From positions 608,001 through 672,000 of the forward strand of contig CAWCDG010000002.1 of the NCBI GenBank assembly GCA_963794325.1: a stretch of DNA of 64,000 nt, given 5' to 3'. The notes beneath the pieces are model-generated. The model ran no database searches. It saw only the letters and a list, made by a program, of their open reading frames with translations, and was not told where the DNA came from. The position numbers were made by a program, and so were the translations under genes. The stretch comes from an uncultured delta proteobacterium (lineage in GTDB: Bacteria > Desulfobacterota > Binatia > Binatales > Binataceae). Shown here piece by piece: positions 8,656 to 18,763 of this stretch (the stretch's first letter is position 1; every line of letters starts with the position of its first letter).

Positions 8656-9597
8656 TCAATCGGTCCTGAGGTAGCGTTGAAAGACCTCGTCGCCCAGCGC
8701 GGCGCATCCGTCCTGAATCTGCAGCAGAAACTGATGCAGACCGGATTTGATCACCTCGAGCGAGCGCTTCGATTGCATCAGCGCCAACAGTTCTTCGAGC
8801 TGTGCCGATGGCGGCGACGGCTCGGGTGACAGCCGCTTGATGCGGTTGAGCGAAGTCTCGAGCATCGCGAGCGCGAATCGTGCCGAGCGCGGGAAGGTCG
8901 GATCGAACAGCAGGATCTCGACGACGTTGTCAATCCTGATCGAGTTGCCAAAGCGCTTGCGATAGGCCTCGAGACCCGACGCGCTGCGCAGCACGGCCGC
9001 CCACTGCAGGATGTCGAGCGAGCCGCCGACATCTTCGAGCCGCGGCAGCAGGAAGTGGTACTTGACGTCGAGCATCCGCGATACGTCCTCGGTCCGCTCG
9101 AGCATGATCCCGAGTTGCATGAAGTCGTACGCGATGTCGCGCGGGATGGTGCTCTGGCGAATGCCGGACAGGCGATAAAAGTTGTCTTTTAGGTCGGCGA
9201 AGAACGCGAACACGCCGGGCGAGACGAAAAGCTCCGGCGTCCATTCCTGCGCATTGAGGTACAGCGTGTTGAGGTCGAGCCAAAGCTCGGACGAGATGTA
9301 ATGGCGCAGCGAAATCGCGTTCTGGCGAGCGGTGTTGATACAACTGCGAATCGAATTTGGATTGTCGGTATCGAGCGCGAAGAAGTTGAGGATCGAAGCG
9401 TCGTCGGCGGTCGAGTGCGACTCGGCGAATAGTTCGCGCTCGCCAAAAATCGCAAGCAGCGGCGCCCACGGCTGCGCGTCGCGCGGCGGACTTTCGATCA
9501 GCAGCTGGTAGTTGACGTCGAGCAGCCGCGCGCGCCATTCGGCACGTTCCAGATTGCAGGCGGTCCAGAAAAGGTGGCTCGCGATTCGCCGGAGCAT
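8656..9597 (-). CDS. Alpha-E domain protein (DUF403)
   Basis: MLRRIASHLFW..LERAE..ARLLDV and second ER motif LERTEDVSRMLDVKY; FPRS. Confidence 0.93.
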   Translation of the reverse strand: MLRRIASHLFWTACNLERAEWRARLLDVNYQLLIESPPRDAQPWAPLLAIFGERELFAESHSTADDASILNFFALDTDNPNSIRSCINTARQNAISLRHYISSELWLDLNTLYLNAQEWTPELFVSPGVFAFFADLKDNFYRLSGIRQSTIPRDIAYDFMQLGIMLERTEDVSRMLDVKYHFLLPRLEDVGGSLDILQWAAVLRSASGLEAYRKRFGNSIRIDNVVEILLFDPTFPRSARFALAMLETSLNRIKRLSPEPSPPSAQLEELLALMQSKRSLEVIKSGLHQFLLQIQDGCAALGDEVFQRYLRTD

Positions 9598-11087
9598 CAG
9601 GCCTCGAGCACCCAGGTGTCCTTGCTGCCGCCGCCTTGCGATGAGTTCACGATCAACGAGCCCTCGCGCAGTGCGACGCGGGTCAGACCGCCGGCCAGCA
9701 CGCGCGGCTTGGCGCCCAGCAGCACGAACGGGCGAAAGTCGATGTGCCGCGGCAACATCTGCATGCCGCTCGCGGAGCCATTGTGAATGATCGTCGGATG
9801 CACCGAGAGCGCGATGACTGGCTGCGCGATGAAGGCCGACGGATCGTTGAGGATTCTTTCGCGCGTTTCCGCGAGTTCCTGTTCGCTCGCCTTTGATCCG
9901 ATCACGACGCCGTAGCCGCCGGACGCGCCGGTCGGCTTGACGACATAGCGCTCGAGATTTTTGACCACCTGATCGCGCACTTCAGGGTCGCGCAGCAGGT
10001 AGGTCTCGACGATCGGTAGAATCGGTTCCTCGGCCAGGTAGTAACGAATCATCGCGGGCGTGTACGCATAGACGGCCTTGTCGTCGGCGACTCCGGTGCC
10101 GACGCCGTTGGCAATCGCCGCGTTTCCAGCGCGCAGAACGGCGGTAAGGCCGGCAACGCCGAGCAGAGAATCGGGGCGGAAGACCAGCGGGTCGAGGAAG
10201 TCGTCGTCAATGCGCCGATAGAGAACATCTATCTGGCGGAGCCCGTGAACGTCTTTCATGTAGAGTTTGCGATCGACGCAAACGAGATCCACGCCTTCGA
10301 CGAGCTCGATGCCCATCTGCTGCGACAGGAAGACGTGCTCGAAGAACGCCGAGTTGTACGGCCCAGGCGTGAGCAGTGCGATCGTCGGATTCGACTTGCC
10401 GGAGGGAGACAGTTCCTTCAGGCATTGCAAAAGGTCGGCGGGGTAGCGCTCGACGCTGCGCACGCGCGATGCGCGCATCAGGGTCGGTACCAGGCGCGTC
10501 ATCACGACGCGATTTTCGATCACGTAAGAAACGCCGCTTGGAGTGCGCACGTTATCTTCGAGGACGTAGAAGCGGCCGTCAACGCCGCGCACCAAATCGA
10601 TTCCCGCGACGGTGACGAAGTTGCCCAGCGGAGGCTTGATGCCCACGGCGGCGCGGCGGAACTGCGGGCATCCGAGAACCAGGTCGCGCGGGACGACGCC
10701 GTCGGACAGGATGCAACCGTCGCCGTAAACGTCGGCGAGAAACGCGTTGAGCGCGCGCACGCGTTGAATCAGGCCCGCCTCGAGTGTGGCCCAGGTAGCC
10801 GCGTCGATCACGCGCGGAATCGGGTCGAACGGGAAGATGCGCTCGGAGCCGTCGGCGGCGCCGTACACATTGAAGGTGACGCCCATCCGGCGGAACATGC
10901 GGTCAGCGCGCGCGCAAATCTCGGTGAACTGCGCCGGCGTCATCGAGAACAACGTATCGATTACGCCCGCACAGCCAATTCGCGGCTGGCTAGAAAGATC
11001 CATCATCTCGTCGAAAACGCTCGCGTCGGACTTGTACGCCGCCCAAACGGGCACCGCCTTGCCTGTTTCGGAAACAGTCGAATTCAT
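9597..11087 (-). CDS. Circularly permuted type 2 ATP-grasp protein (DUF407)
   Basis: PFDPIPR, VLEDNVRTPSGVSY, YRRIDDDFLDPL and VNSSQGGGSKDTWV. Confidence 0.95.
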   Translation of the reverse strand: MNSTVSETGKAVPVWAAYKSDASVFDEMMDLSSQPRIGCAGVIDTLFSMTPAQFTEICARADRMFRRMGVTFNVYGAADGSERIFPFDPIPRVIDAATWATLEAGLIQRVRALNAFLADVYGDGCILSDGVVPRDLVLGCPQFRRAAVGIKPPLGNFVTVAGIDLVRGVDGRFYVLEDNVRTPSGVSYVIENRVVMTRLVPTLMRASRVRSVERYPADLLQCLKELSPSGKSNPTIALLTPGPYNSAFFEHVFLSQQMGIELVEGVDLVCVDRKLYMKDVHGLRQIDVLYRRIDDDFLDPLVFRPDSLLGVAGLTAVLRAGNAAIANGVGTGVADDKAVYAYTPAMIRYYLAEEPILPIVETYLLRDPEVRDQVVKNLERYVVKPTGASGGYGVVIGSKASEQELAETRERILNDPSAFIAQPVIALSVHPTIIHNGSASGMQMLPRHIDFRPFVLLGAKPRVLAGGLTRVALREGSLIVNSSQGGGSKDTWVLEA

Positions 11088-11174
11088 CGCAAATCACCCT
11101 ACCGCCCTGACTGGCGCGTAATTCAGCATCGCCAGCACCGCCGGTGTCTTTTAAGAGCAATCGACGGGCCAGAC

Positions 11175-13157
11175 TCAGGCGGGAATTTCGGCGTCGGTTT
11201 GCGCCAGGTACGCCTGGTAGTCGCGGTCCGTCGCGAGCAGGTGGGCATGCGTGCCGGAAGCGGCGATCGTACCGCCGTGAACGAACAAGACGCGGTCGCA
11301 TGCCGCGAGGGTGCCGGCGCGATGAGCGACGATGATCACGATTCGATTGCGCGCGAGCTCGGTCAGCGTTTTCAGGAGTTCTGATTCCGAGGCCGGGTCG
11401 AGCGGCGCGGCCGGTTCGTCGAGAACGATAATTTCAGGGCGTCGGAGGAGGGCGCGCGCGATTGCGATTCGCTGTTTCTGCCCGACCGACAGGCGCGCGC
11501 CGCGCCGCCCGAGCATCGTCGAGTAACCGTCGGGAAGGCGGTCGATAAATTCCGCGGCACCAGCCATCGCGGCAGCTTCGCGAACATCGGCATCCGAGCT
11601 GCTATCACTGCCATAGCGGATGTTGTCCTCGATCGAGGTCGAGAACAGCGACTCATTCTGAAAGACGAATCCGACGCGCGCGCGAATCGTGTCAGGCGCG
11701 ACGGCGCGCGAATCGATCCCGTCGAAAGCGATCGTTCCCGCCGACGGTTCGACAAAACGCGGGATCGAGTGGATCAGCGTCGTCTTGCCGCATCCGCTGG
11801 GACCGGCCAGCGCAACCATCTCGCCCGCGCGCATCGACATCGTGACGTCCCTCAGCACTGTGGTCGCGCCGTACCCGACTGCGACGCCGTTGAATTCGAG
11901 ACGGTTGAGGCGTCCGCTGAGTCCGTCGCCACTACCGTCGCTGACCGGCTCGGCAAGATTGTCGAGCACGCTATGCACGCGTCTCAGTCCCGCGACCGAC
12001 GCCTGTATCGATGCCCATGTGCTGCCGATGGTAGACATCGGACTCGCGAGCATCCCCATGTAGCCCGCGAGCAGGACGATATCGCCGAGCGTCATCTTGC
12101 CCACAATTACTTGCATCATCAGGTAGTAGAGGCTGTATCCGATCAGCGCGCAGCTGACCGGCGCGAGCACGATTACGATCACGAAAAAGATCGCGAGCAT
12201 CCGCAGTGTCGAGCGGAATGACTGCCAGCTTGCGGCGTCCACCGCGGCGGTCTCGCGAGACTCCTGTCCGAATGCCTTGATAAGCTGGACCTGGGCGACG
12301 CGCTCTTCGAACGCGGCCATTACGTTGCTGCCGCTTTCCCGCATTGATTGGCTCTGAGCGCGGATCACGCGTCCGAATAAACTGCTGCCGATTGCGACCA
12401 CCGGCAAAAACAAAATGGAGACGGCGACGATCACCGGCTGATTGCTGAACTGTATTGAGATCACGATGATCGCCATCACGAACATGAACACGGACATGAT
12501 CGGCGCGAGCACGCCGCGATAAAATACCGGCCCGATCGATGCGGAGTCGTACATCACGCGGAACACGGCGTCCCCGATTTTCTGATCGGCGTAGAGCGCG
12601 AGCGGCGACCGCAAAAATCGCTCGTAGATCGCGCTGCGCAGCGATTGGTTCATCCGCTGCGTGAGATCGATCGTCACTCGCGACTCGAGATAGCCGAACA
12701 GGCCGTTCCACAGGCTGCCGCCGTCGTTGGCGTCGTTGGCGGTGATGCCCGCCTGGTCGAGACCGCCGCTGTTCACGTTGGTGCCGAGCGATTGCGCTTC
12801 GCCGTGAACCATCCCGATCAGGATGACGGTGAGAAAGAGAAACAAAGAAACGGCGAGGAGTAGCCCGGATCGGCTGGTGCCGACCATCGGCGTCAAAATG
12901 GCGGAGGGAACGCCGGTCAGCGGATGGCCGTCGATGACGTTGTCGATGACGATCTTCAGCGGCCACGGCGTCATAAGAAAAAAGGTCAGCGATACGAACA
13001 CCAGCGCGCACTTGATCGCTACGAGCCGCCGATAGCGGCTGACATACGGCCAGCTCTTGATGAGAATGCGCCAGGCCTCGCGCAAGGTGAGCGGCGCTTG
13101 TTCGTCGGCGTAGAGCAGATTGGCGCGCGAGTCGCGCGATTCGGCGGCGTCAGCCAT
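11175..13157 (-). CDS. ABC exporter, fused TMD-NBD subunit
   Basis: GPSGCGKT, LSVGQKQR, IIVLDEP, VAHR; N-terminal TM helices; start at ATG 13157 overlapping the upstream stop. Confidence 0.92.
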   Translation of the reverse strand: MADAAESRDSRANLLYADEQAPLTLREAWRILIKSWPYVSRYRRLVAIKCALVFVSLTFFLMTPWPLKIVIDNVIDGHPLTGVPSAILTPMVGTSRSGLLLAVSLFLFLTVILIGMVHGEAQSLGTNVNSGGLDQAGITANDANDGGSLWNGLFGYLESRVTIDLTQRMNQSLRSAIYERFLRSPLALYADQKIGDAVFRVMYDSASIGPVFYRGVLAPIMSVFMFVMAIIVISIQFSNQPVIVAVSILFLPVVAIGSSLFGRVIRAQSQSMRESGSNVMAAFEERVAQVQLIKAFGQESRETAAVDAASWQSFRSTLRMLAIFFVIVIVLAPVSCALIGYSLYYLMMQVIVGKMTLGDIVLLAGYMGMLASPMSTIGSTWASIQASVAGLRRVHSVLDNLAEPVSDGSGDGLSGRLNRLEFNGVAVGYGATTVLRDVTMSMRAGEMVALAGPSGCGKTTLIHSIPRFVEPSAGTIAFDGIDSRAVAPDTIRARVGFVFQNESLFSTSIEDNIRYGSDSSSDADVREAAAMAGAAEFIDRLPDGYSTMLGRRGARLSVGQKQRIAIARALLRRPEIIVLDEPAAPLDPASESELLKTLTELARNRIVIIVAHRAGTLAACDRVLFVHGGTIAASGTHAHLLATDRDYQAYLAQTDAEIPA

Positions 13158-15024
13158 GACTGACCTCGCGAATCGGTACGTCGACGAGCGCCGATCCGTC
13201 CGCGGCAACAATACGGCCGGCCGCAAGCTGATAGATTCGGTCGGCGCGGGATGCGGTGGTGCGCCGATGCGTCGCGAGAATCACCATGCGGCTGTCGGGC
13301 GCCGCGTTCACCCAATCGCGCAAGCCGAGCATCACAGCTTCTTCAGTGGCGACGTCGAGCGAGGAGGTCGGTTCGTCGAGCAGCAGAATCGGCGCGTTAC
13401 GTAAAATCGCGCGGGCGAGGCCAAGCCGCTGCGCCTGCCCGGCCGAAAGCTTCGAGCCCTTTTCGCCAAGCATCGTGTCGAGTCCGGCCGGCAGAGAACG
13501 GACGAAGTCGCCGAGTCCCGCCCGCTGAATCGCTTCGACAACTTCGGTAGTCGATGCGTTCGGGCGTCCGTATGCGACATTGTCGCGAATGGTCGCGCTG
13601 AAGAGTGGATTCTCCTGGAGCGCGACGGAAAGCATCCCGCGCCATGCGGAAAGATCGAAGCTGTCAATCGGTTCGCCGTCGAGCAGAATGCGGCCCGCCG
13701 TCGGATCGAAGAATCTCACTATCAGCGAAATGATCGTGCTCTTGCCAGAACCGCTAGGACCGGCGATTGCACTGATTTCACCGACTCGAGCCTCAAGATT
13801 CACCCCGGTAAGTACCGGCGTGCGCGGGTCGTAGCCGAAGGTCACCTGATCAAAAGTTATCGTCGTCGCGGACTTGGGCGGGAGTGCGTGGCCGCTGCGC
13901 ACGCTTTGTTCGGGCGTTTGGCCGAGCATTTCGAGGACGCGCGAAATTGCGACGACGACGTCCTGCATGCTGCCCCACTGATCGGTGATGTTCCTGGTGC
14001 GCCTGCTGATATTCGAAAACAGCGTGATCGATCCCTGGAACAATCCCAACGAAAGGGCGACGTGCGAGAAGCCCGCGGTTCCGCCCGCGAGCACTTCCGT
14101 TGCGCCGACGTACATCGCGGCGACATAGCCCAGACCGCGAACAGTGTTGGTCGCGACGCGATATCGCGCCAGCATCAGGCGCGCGCGGCGTCCGGCAAGG
14201 AACGCGGTCCAATTGTCGCGCGCGTAATTCTCGGCTTCGCGAGCTTCGGTGCCGAAGGCTTTCACGGTTCTGATCGATGCGAGCGTCTCCTCGATGCGTG
14301 TGGTCGCGAGTGCGGTGGTTTCGCGTTCGCCGATGAACGCGGCGCGCAGCGAATCGGCGTATATCCAGCCCAGGATGAAGTTCGCGGGCATCAGCAGAAC
14401 GACGATCAGTGCCATCCGGTAGTCGTACCAGAGCAGGTAAAGGATTGAGCCGATGGCGGCCGGGAAGAAAATCACCGGCTGAACGATCAGGCCGTCGATC
14501 ACGTTGGGAATCGCGGCGGAATCCTGGAACATCCGGAAAATCGCATCGCCGATTTTCTCTTCGGAATGAAAACGGACGCTCAGTTCCTGCATCCGGGTGT
14601 AGAGATTGACGCGGAAGAGGTTGCTGATGCGCTGCAGAATCCAGACTGCGTAGCCGAGGAGAAATCCGACCGCGATCAACGCGACCACCGACATGACGCC
14701 GCCGACAACGCATGCGTGAATGAGGATAGTCTGCCGATCCGCATGCAGCGGCACCCGGAGCATCCACGCCTCGCCGGGTTTCAAGGCGCCGCCGAGACCA
14801 ACGACGTCGAAGAAAACGCGCACCAGCGTGAGTCCGACCAGTCCGCCGATCAGTGCCGGCAGCGTCAGCAGGAACAGATACACCAGATGGCGCCGGTATG
14901 GGCGGATGAACGGCCATGCGCGTGCGACGAGGCGGAACACGTCGCGCGAACGCAGCCGGCGAGCGTCGGGAAATGCCAGTTCGCTGGCAGGGGGTGGCGG
15001 CGCGACTGTCGGTTCAGGATTCAA
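13150..15024 (-). CDS. ABC exporter, fused TMD-NBD subunit (probable heterodimer partner)
   Basis: GPSGSGKS, LSAGQAQR, LLLDEPTSSLD, ATHR. Confidence 0.92.
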   Translation of the reverse strand: MNPEPTVAPPPPASELAFPDARRLRSRDVFRLVARAWPFIRPYRRHLVYLFLLTLPALIGGLVGLTLVRVFFDVVGLGGALKPGEAWMLRVPLHADRQTILIHACVVGGVMSVVALIAVGFLLGYAVWILQRISNLFRVNLYTRMQELSVRFHSEEKIGDAIFRMFQDSAAIPNVIDGLIVQPVIFFPAAIGSILYLLWYDYRMALIVVLLMPANFILGWIYADSLRAAFIGERETTALATTRIEETLASIRTVKAFGTEAREAENYARDNWTAFLAGRRARLMLARYRVATNTVRGLGYVAAMYVGATEVLAGGTAGFSHVALSLGLFQGSITLFSNISRRTRNITDQWGSMQDVVVAISRVLEMLGQTPEQSVRSGHALPPKSATTITFDQVTFGYDPRTPVLTGVNLEARVGEISAIAGPSGSGKSTIISLIVRFFDPTAGRILLDGEPIDSFDLSAWRGMLSVALQENPLFSATIRDNVAYGRPNASTTEVVEAIQRAGLGDFVRSLPAGLDTMLGEKGSKLSAGQAQRLGLARAILRNAPILLLDEPTSSLDVATEEAVMLGLRDWVNAAPDSRMVILATHRRTTASRADRIYQLAAGRIVAADGSALVDVPIREVSHG

Positions 15025-15039
15025 TCGAATCGCATCGAC

Positions 15040-15525
15040 TCACTTGCCGGGCGCGGCGCCCGCGGCCGCCAGTATCTGGTCTTCGAGGGTGAATTTAGAT
15101 TTGCAAGCTACCGTATTTTGATTGCCGCCGAGCGCGTAACGCCCCTGGAAATCCGCCGACACCGAGGCGAGCGTCGAATGCGGCGTCGCCTTATCGAGTT
15201 TCACAGTGACGATGGCTGTGCCGTCCTGCAACTTGTAGATCATCTGAACCGGACCGGTCTCGCAGAATGCCCAGTTGCGCCACGTCAGGTCATCGAGAGC
15301 GGTTTGCCTGGCGACCAGGGTGTGCGTGCGCTCATCGGCGCTGACGATCTGAAAGTGACTCAGCGATGAATCCGAAAAGTAATGCTTGAGGGAGGCGAAC
15401 ACTTCTCGCTCGGGCTTGGCTATCTCCTGAATTCGCGGAACGATGCGCGGCGTTTCGATCGCGAAAGCGGTCGCGAAGATGGAGATAAGCAGGAGCGTTG
15501 TGATCGATGCGGCGCGGAGTTTCAT
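15040..15525 (-). CDS. Hypothetical secreted protein
   Basis: GGAGG RBS; signal peptide MKLRAASITTLLLISIFATAFA; two Cys. Confidence 0.75.
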   Translation of the reverse strand: MKLRAASITTLLLISIFATAFAIETPRIVPRIQEIAKPEREVFASLKHYFSDSSLSHFQIVSADERTHTLVARQTALDDLTWRNWAFCETGPVQMIYKLQDGTAIVTVKLDKATPHSTLASVSADFQGRYALGGNQNTVACKSKFTLEDQILAAAGAAPGK

Positions 15526-15677
15526 GATTCCTCCTTGACAGGTACGAGCCTGACTGGTGTGAGGTTGCAAGCCTCTCACGATCATAACGGCTCGTGGAGC
15601 GGCTGGTAAAGGCGGTCGTGTGGCCCGCGAATACAGTTTGATGGTAATTTCGCGGCGTAAACGCAAAAGGAGACCCC

Positions 15678-16484
15678 ATGCCTGCGCTTATATTCGAGAA
15701 ACGAAATCACATCGCGTATCTCACGCTGAATCGGCCCGAGGTTCACAACTCATTGAATCCCGAGATGCTCGTCAGTCTTGCGGCAGCGTGGAAGGAGATC
15801 GATGGCGACGACGCGGTTCGCGCGACGATCGTGACGGGCGCCGGCAAGGTCGCGTTCTCGGCCGGCGCTGACCTGGGCAAGCTGATCCCGCTCTTCACCG
15901 GCGCGCGAAAGCCGGAGGACGAATGGGACAGCAAGCTGCTCGCGGACCGCAAGATCGGCGACATCGCATTGCTGCGCGGCTACGACATGGATAAGCCGGT
16001 GATTTCGGCGGTCAACGGCTTTTGCATCGCAGGCGGAATGGAATTCATCCAGGGCACCGATCTTCGTGTCGCGTCGGAGAATGCGAGCTTCGGCTTGCAG
16101 GAAGTGAAGTGGGCGATCATTCCGGCGGCGGGCTCGCTCGCGCGATTGCAACGGCAAATTCCGTACTGCAAGGCGATGGAGATACTCCTGACCGGCAACC
16201 GGATCGATGCGCAGGAAGCGTGGCGTCTCGGGCTCGTGAACTACGTCGTGCCGCAAGCGCAGTTGATCGCGAAGGCCGAAGAGCTTGCGGCGACCATCGC
16301 GCAGAACGGTCCGCTGGCAGTGCGGAAGATCAAAGAGGCCGTGCGTCGAACGTCGGGGCGTCCGTATGAAGAGGCTTTCAAGATCGAAAATGAAATCGCG
16401 CGCGAAGTCATGAAATCCGAGGACGCCAAGGAAGGCCCGCGCTCGTTCATGGAGAAGCGCACGCCGAATTACAAGGGGAGATAG
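15678..16484 (+). CDS. Enoyl-CoA hydratase/isomerase family protein
   Basis: LNRPEVHNSL, FSAGADL, AVNGFCIAGGME, FGLQEVKW. Confidence 0.93.
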   Translation: MPALIFEKRNHIAYLTLNRPEVHNSLNPEMLVSLAAAWKEIDGDDAVRATIVTGAGKVAFSAGADLGKLIPLFTGARKPEDEWDSKLLADRKIGDIALLRGYDMDKPVISAVNGFCIAGGMEFIQGTDLRVASENASFGLQEVKWAIIPAAGSLARLQRQIPYCKAMEILLTGNRIDAQEAWRLGLVNYVVPQAQLIAKAEELAATIAQNGPLAVRKIKEAVRRTSGRPYEEAFKIENEIAREVMKSEDAKEGPRSFMEKRTPNYKGR

Positions 16485-16514
16485 CGCCAATCTTCTCTGC
16501 CCGTCTCCCTGTTA

Positions 16515-16699
16515 GGAGGCCTTTGCATAAATTCACGCCGGCGGCGCAAAGCGAGACGCGCTGCGCGCGAGATCCTTCGCTGCGCTCAGGATGACACAAA
16601 GAACAGGACGACTCCTTGAGTCATTCTGAGCGAAAGCTGCTGTAGCGAAGAATCTCGACGGACGTTCCTGCGGCCGGCGTTATTTACGCAAAGCTCCTC
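16515..16699. mobile_element. MITE-like element with the same CTTTGCATAA-type inverted ends, containing two outward-facing REP-A halves
   Basis: GGAGGCCTTTGCATAAAT (16515-16532) and ATTTACGCAAAGCTCCTC (16682-16699); flanks CTCCCT / AGGGAG. Confidence 0.55.
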
Positions 16700-16801
16700 T
16701 TTATAAGGGAGAGGATTAACCTCCCTAACCCTCGAAGGTGAGGGTCCGATTACAGCGCGCTGCTTTCGCGCGCGATTCAAGATTCTTTCCGTTCCGCAGC
16801 G

Positions 16802-17812
16802 CTAAGCTCCTGCCAAGGCGCGCATCGTGTTTGGATAGTCCCGCGCCGACGTTGCGGCCGGGCCGATTGGGAAGACTACCGGATGCGTTACGCCGGCGGC
16901 GCGGAACCTTGCAACGAAATCGCGGCCGGCTTGGGCTTTACCGAATACCGCGATTTTGCGGCACGATGCTTCCGAGATGGCTTTGGGAGCCTCGTCGCGC
17001 TTGCCTTCTTTCCACAGACGGCGCACTTCGTCGAACTCGGCGGCGAGACCGTAACGCGCGAACATCTTGTTGTAGCTGTCCACGAACGCGTAGCTGGCGA
17101 GCTCGCGGCGGAACGAATCTACCGCTTTGTCCTCATCTTCGGTGATGCACATGCGGATGTAGATGCCGACGTCGACGGCCGACGGATCGCGGCCCGCGGC
17201 TTTTGCGCCTTCAGCGATGTGCTGCACCATCGGCGCCATCGCTTCCGGTGGCGAGTAGTTCATCAGGACACCGTCGGCAACTTCTCCGGCGAGACGGAGC
17301 ATCGGGGCGTTCAGGCCCGCGAGATAAATCTTCGGCGGATGCGGCGCCGTGATGCGCATGCTCAACTTGAAGTCGGACTTGTACACTTCGCCCTGGAACT
17401 TCGAACGGCCCTCGGTGAACAACTGGCGCATGATGGTGACGCACTCGCGCATCGCGGTGACCGGCTTGCGATACGCCGCGCCGTGCCATCGCTCGACGAT
17501 GATCGGACTCGACACGCCGAGCCCCGCGATCGCGCGGCCGCCGGACAGTTCGTTGATCGTGAGGAAGCCCATCGCCATCGCGCCCGGCGTGCGAATCTGA
17601 ATCGGGATGACACCGGTGGCAAGTTCAGCCTTGCGAGTATTGACCGCGAGCGCGGCGAGGCTGACGAACGCGTCGGGTCCGCTGACTTCGGCGATCCACA
17701 ATGAGGTGTAACCGAGGTCCTCGGCCTCGCGGATGAGCGCGAGGCGAGCGGGGAGAGCGTCGGCACCGACGCCGACATTAGTCTGAAGTCCGAGCTTTTG
17801 GGTTGATGGCAT
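16802..17812 (-). CDS. LLM-class (probably F420-dependent) oxidoreductase
   Basis: AEDLGYTSLWIAE, ELSGGRAIAGLGVS, IYLAGLNAPMLRLAGEVADG. Confidence 0.88.
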   Translation of the reverse strand: MPSTQKLGLQTNVGVGADALPARLALIREAEDLGYTSLWIAEVSGPDAFVSLAALAVNTRKAELATGVIPIQIRTPGAMAMGFLTINELSGGRAIAGLGVSSPIIVERWHGAAYRKPVTAMRECVTIMRQLFTEGRSKFQGEVYKSDFKLSMRITAPHPPKIYLAGLNAPMLRLAGEVADGVLMNYSPPEAMAPMVQHIAEGAKAAGRDPSAVDVGIYIRMCITEDEDKAVDSFRRELASYAFVDSYNKMFARYGLAAEFDEVRRLWKEGKRDEAPKAISEASCRKIAVFGKAQAGRDFVARFRAAGVTHPVVFPIGPAATSARDYPNTMRALAGA

Positions 17813-17890
17813 TGATGCGTCCGTGCGATTTTGATTTGCGCAGATTGTGCGGCTAATCGATTATGGCTGCAAGACACAGGAGCGTTGAAG

Positions 17891-18650
17891 ATGGCTTACT
17901 TCGATTCCAATGGCGTGCAGATTTATTTTGAGGAGCGCGGGAACGGGCGAGCCGGTTGTGCTGGTGCATGGGTTTGCGTCGCGCGGGGAGCATAACTGGG
18001 GCGGGGGATGGATCGACGCGCTCGCGCGGGATTATCGCGTCGTCGTGCTGGATTGCCGCGGTCACGGCAAGAGCGGGAAGCCGCACGATTCGGCGGCGTA
18101 CGATGGCGAGACGATGGGCGACGACGTGATCCGGCTGATGGATCATCTGGGAATCAAGCGCACGCTCATCATGGGATACTCGATGGGCGGGCGAATCGTG
18201 ACGGGGCTGCTGATGTTGCATCCGGAGCGTCTGCGCGCGGCGGTGCTCGGCGGAATCGGCGCGGCGAGCGCGGCGGCGCCAAGCTTCAATCGCAAGCCGA
18301 TCGTCGATGCGCTGCTCGCCGAAAATATTTCGAGCGTGAAGGAGCAGCGTGCGCGGGATTTTCGCCAGTTTGCGGAGGCCACCGGCAACGACTTGAAGGC
18401 ATTGGCGGCTGTGATGGCGTCGAAGCGCGAGGATTTCACTGCCGAGCAAATTGCGGCAAAGAAGATTCGCGTGCCGGTGATGATCGTGATCGGGACTAAG
18501 GATTTGCTGGTCGGCGATCCGAAGTTACTGCATGGCGCGATACCGGGCAGCAAACTGGTGATGCTCGAAGGACAGGATCATCTGAGCGCGCCGAGCGACC
18601 CGCGTTACGTGAAAGAGGTGCTGGAGTTTTTCAAGGCGGCGCCGGCGTAG
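17891..18650 (+). pseudogene. Alpha/beta hydrolase with an apparent 1-bp insertion at ~17940 (pseudogene or sequence error)
   Basis: MAYFDSNGVQIYFEERG from ATG 17891 is in a different frame from GTGEPVVLVHG..GYSMG..H. Confidence 0.75.
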
Positions 18651-18677
18651 GCCGCTGAGTTTGCGAATGTGCGAGCA

Positions 18678-18722
18678 ACCTAACCCCTAACCCCTTCCCA
18701 TAGTGGGAAGGGGAACCGGAAT
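18678..18722 (+). repeat. REP-like family C (CCTAACCCCTAACCCCTTCCC..GGGAAGGGGAACCGGA)
   Basis: Copies at 29429-29470, 30300-30421 (rc, x3), 42000-42043 (rc) and 52602-52760. Confidence 0.85.
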
Positions 18723-18763
18723 AGGGGCGATCGAGTTGGTTTGTGTTTTAGAATTCGCCACCT

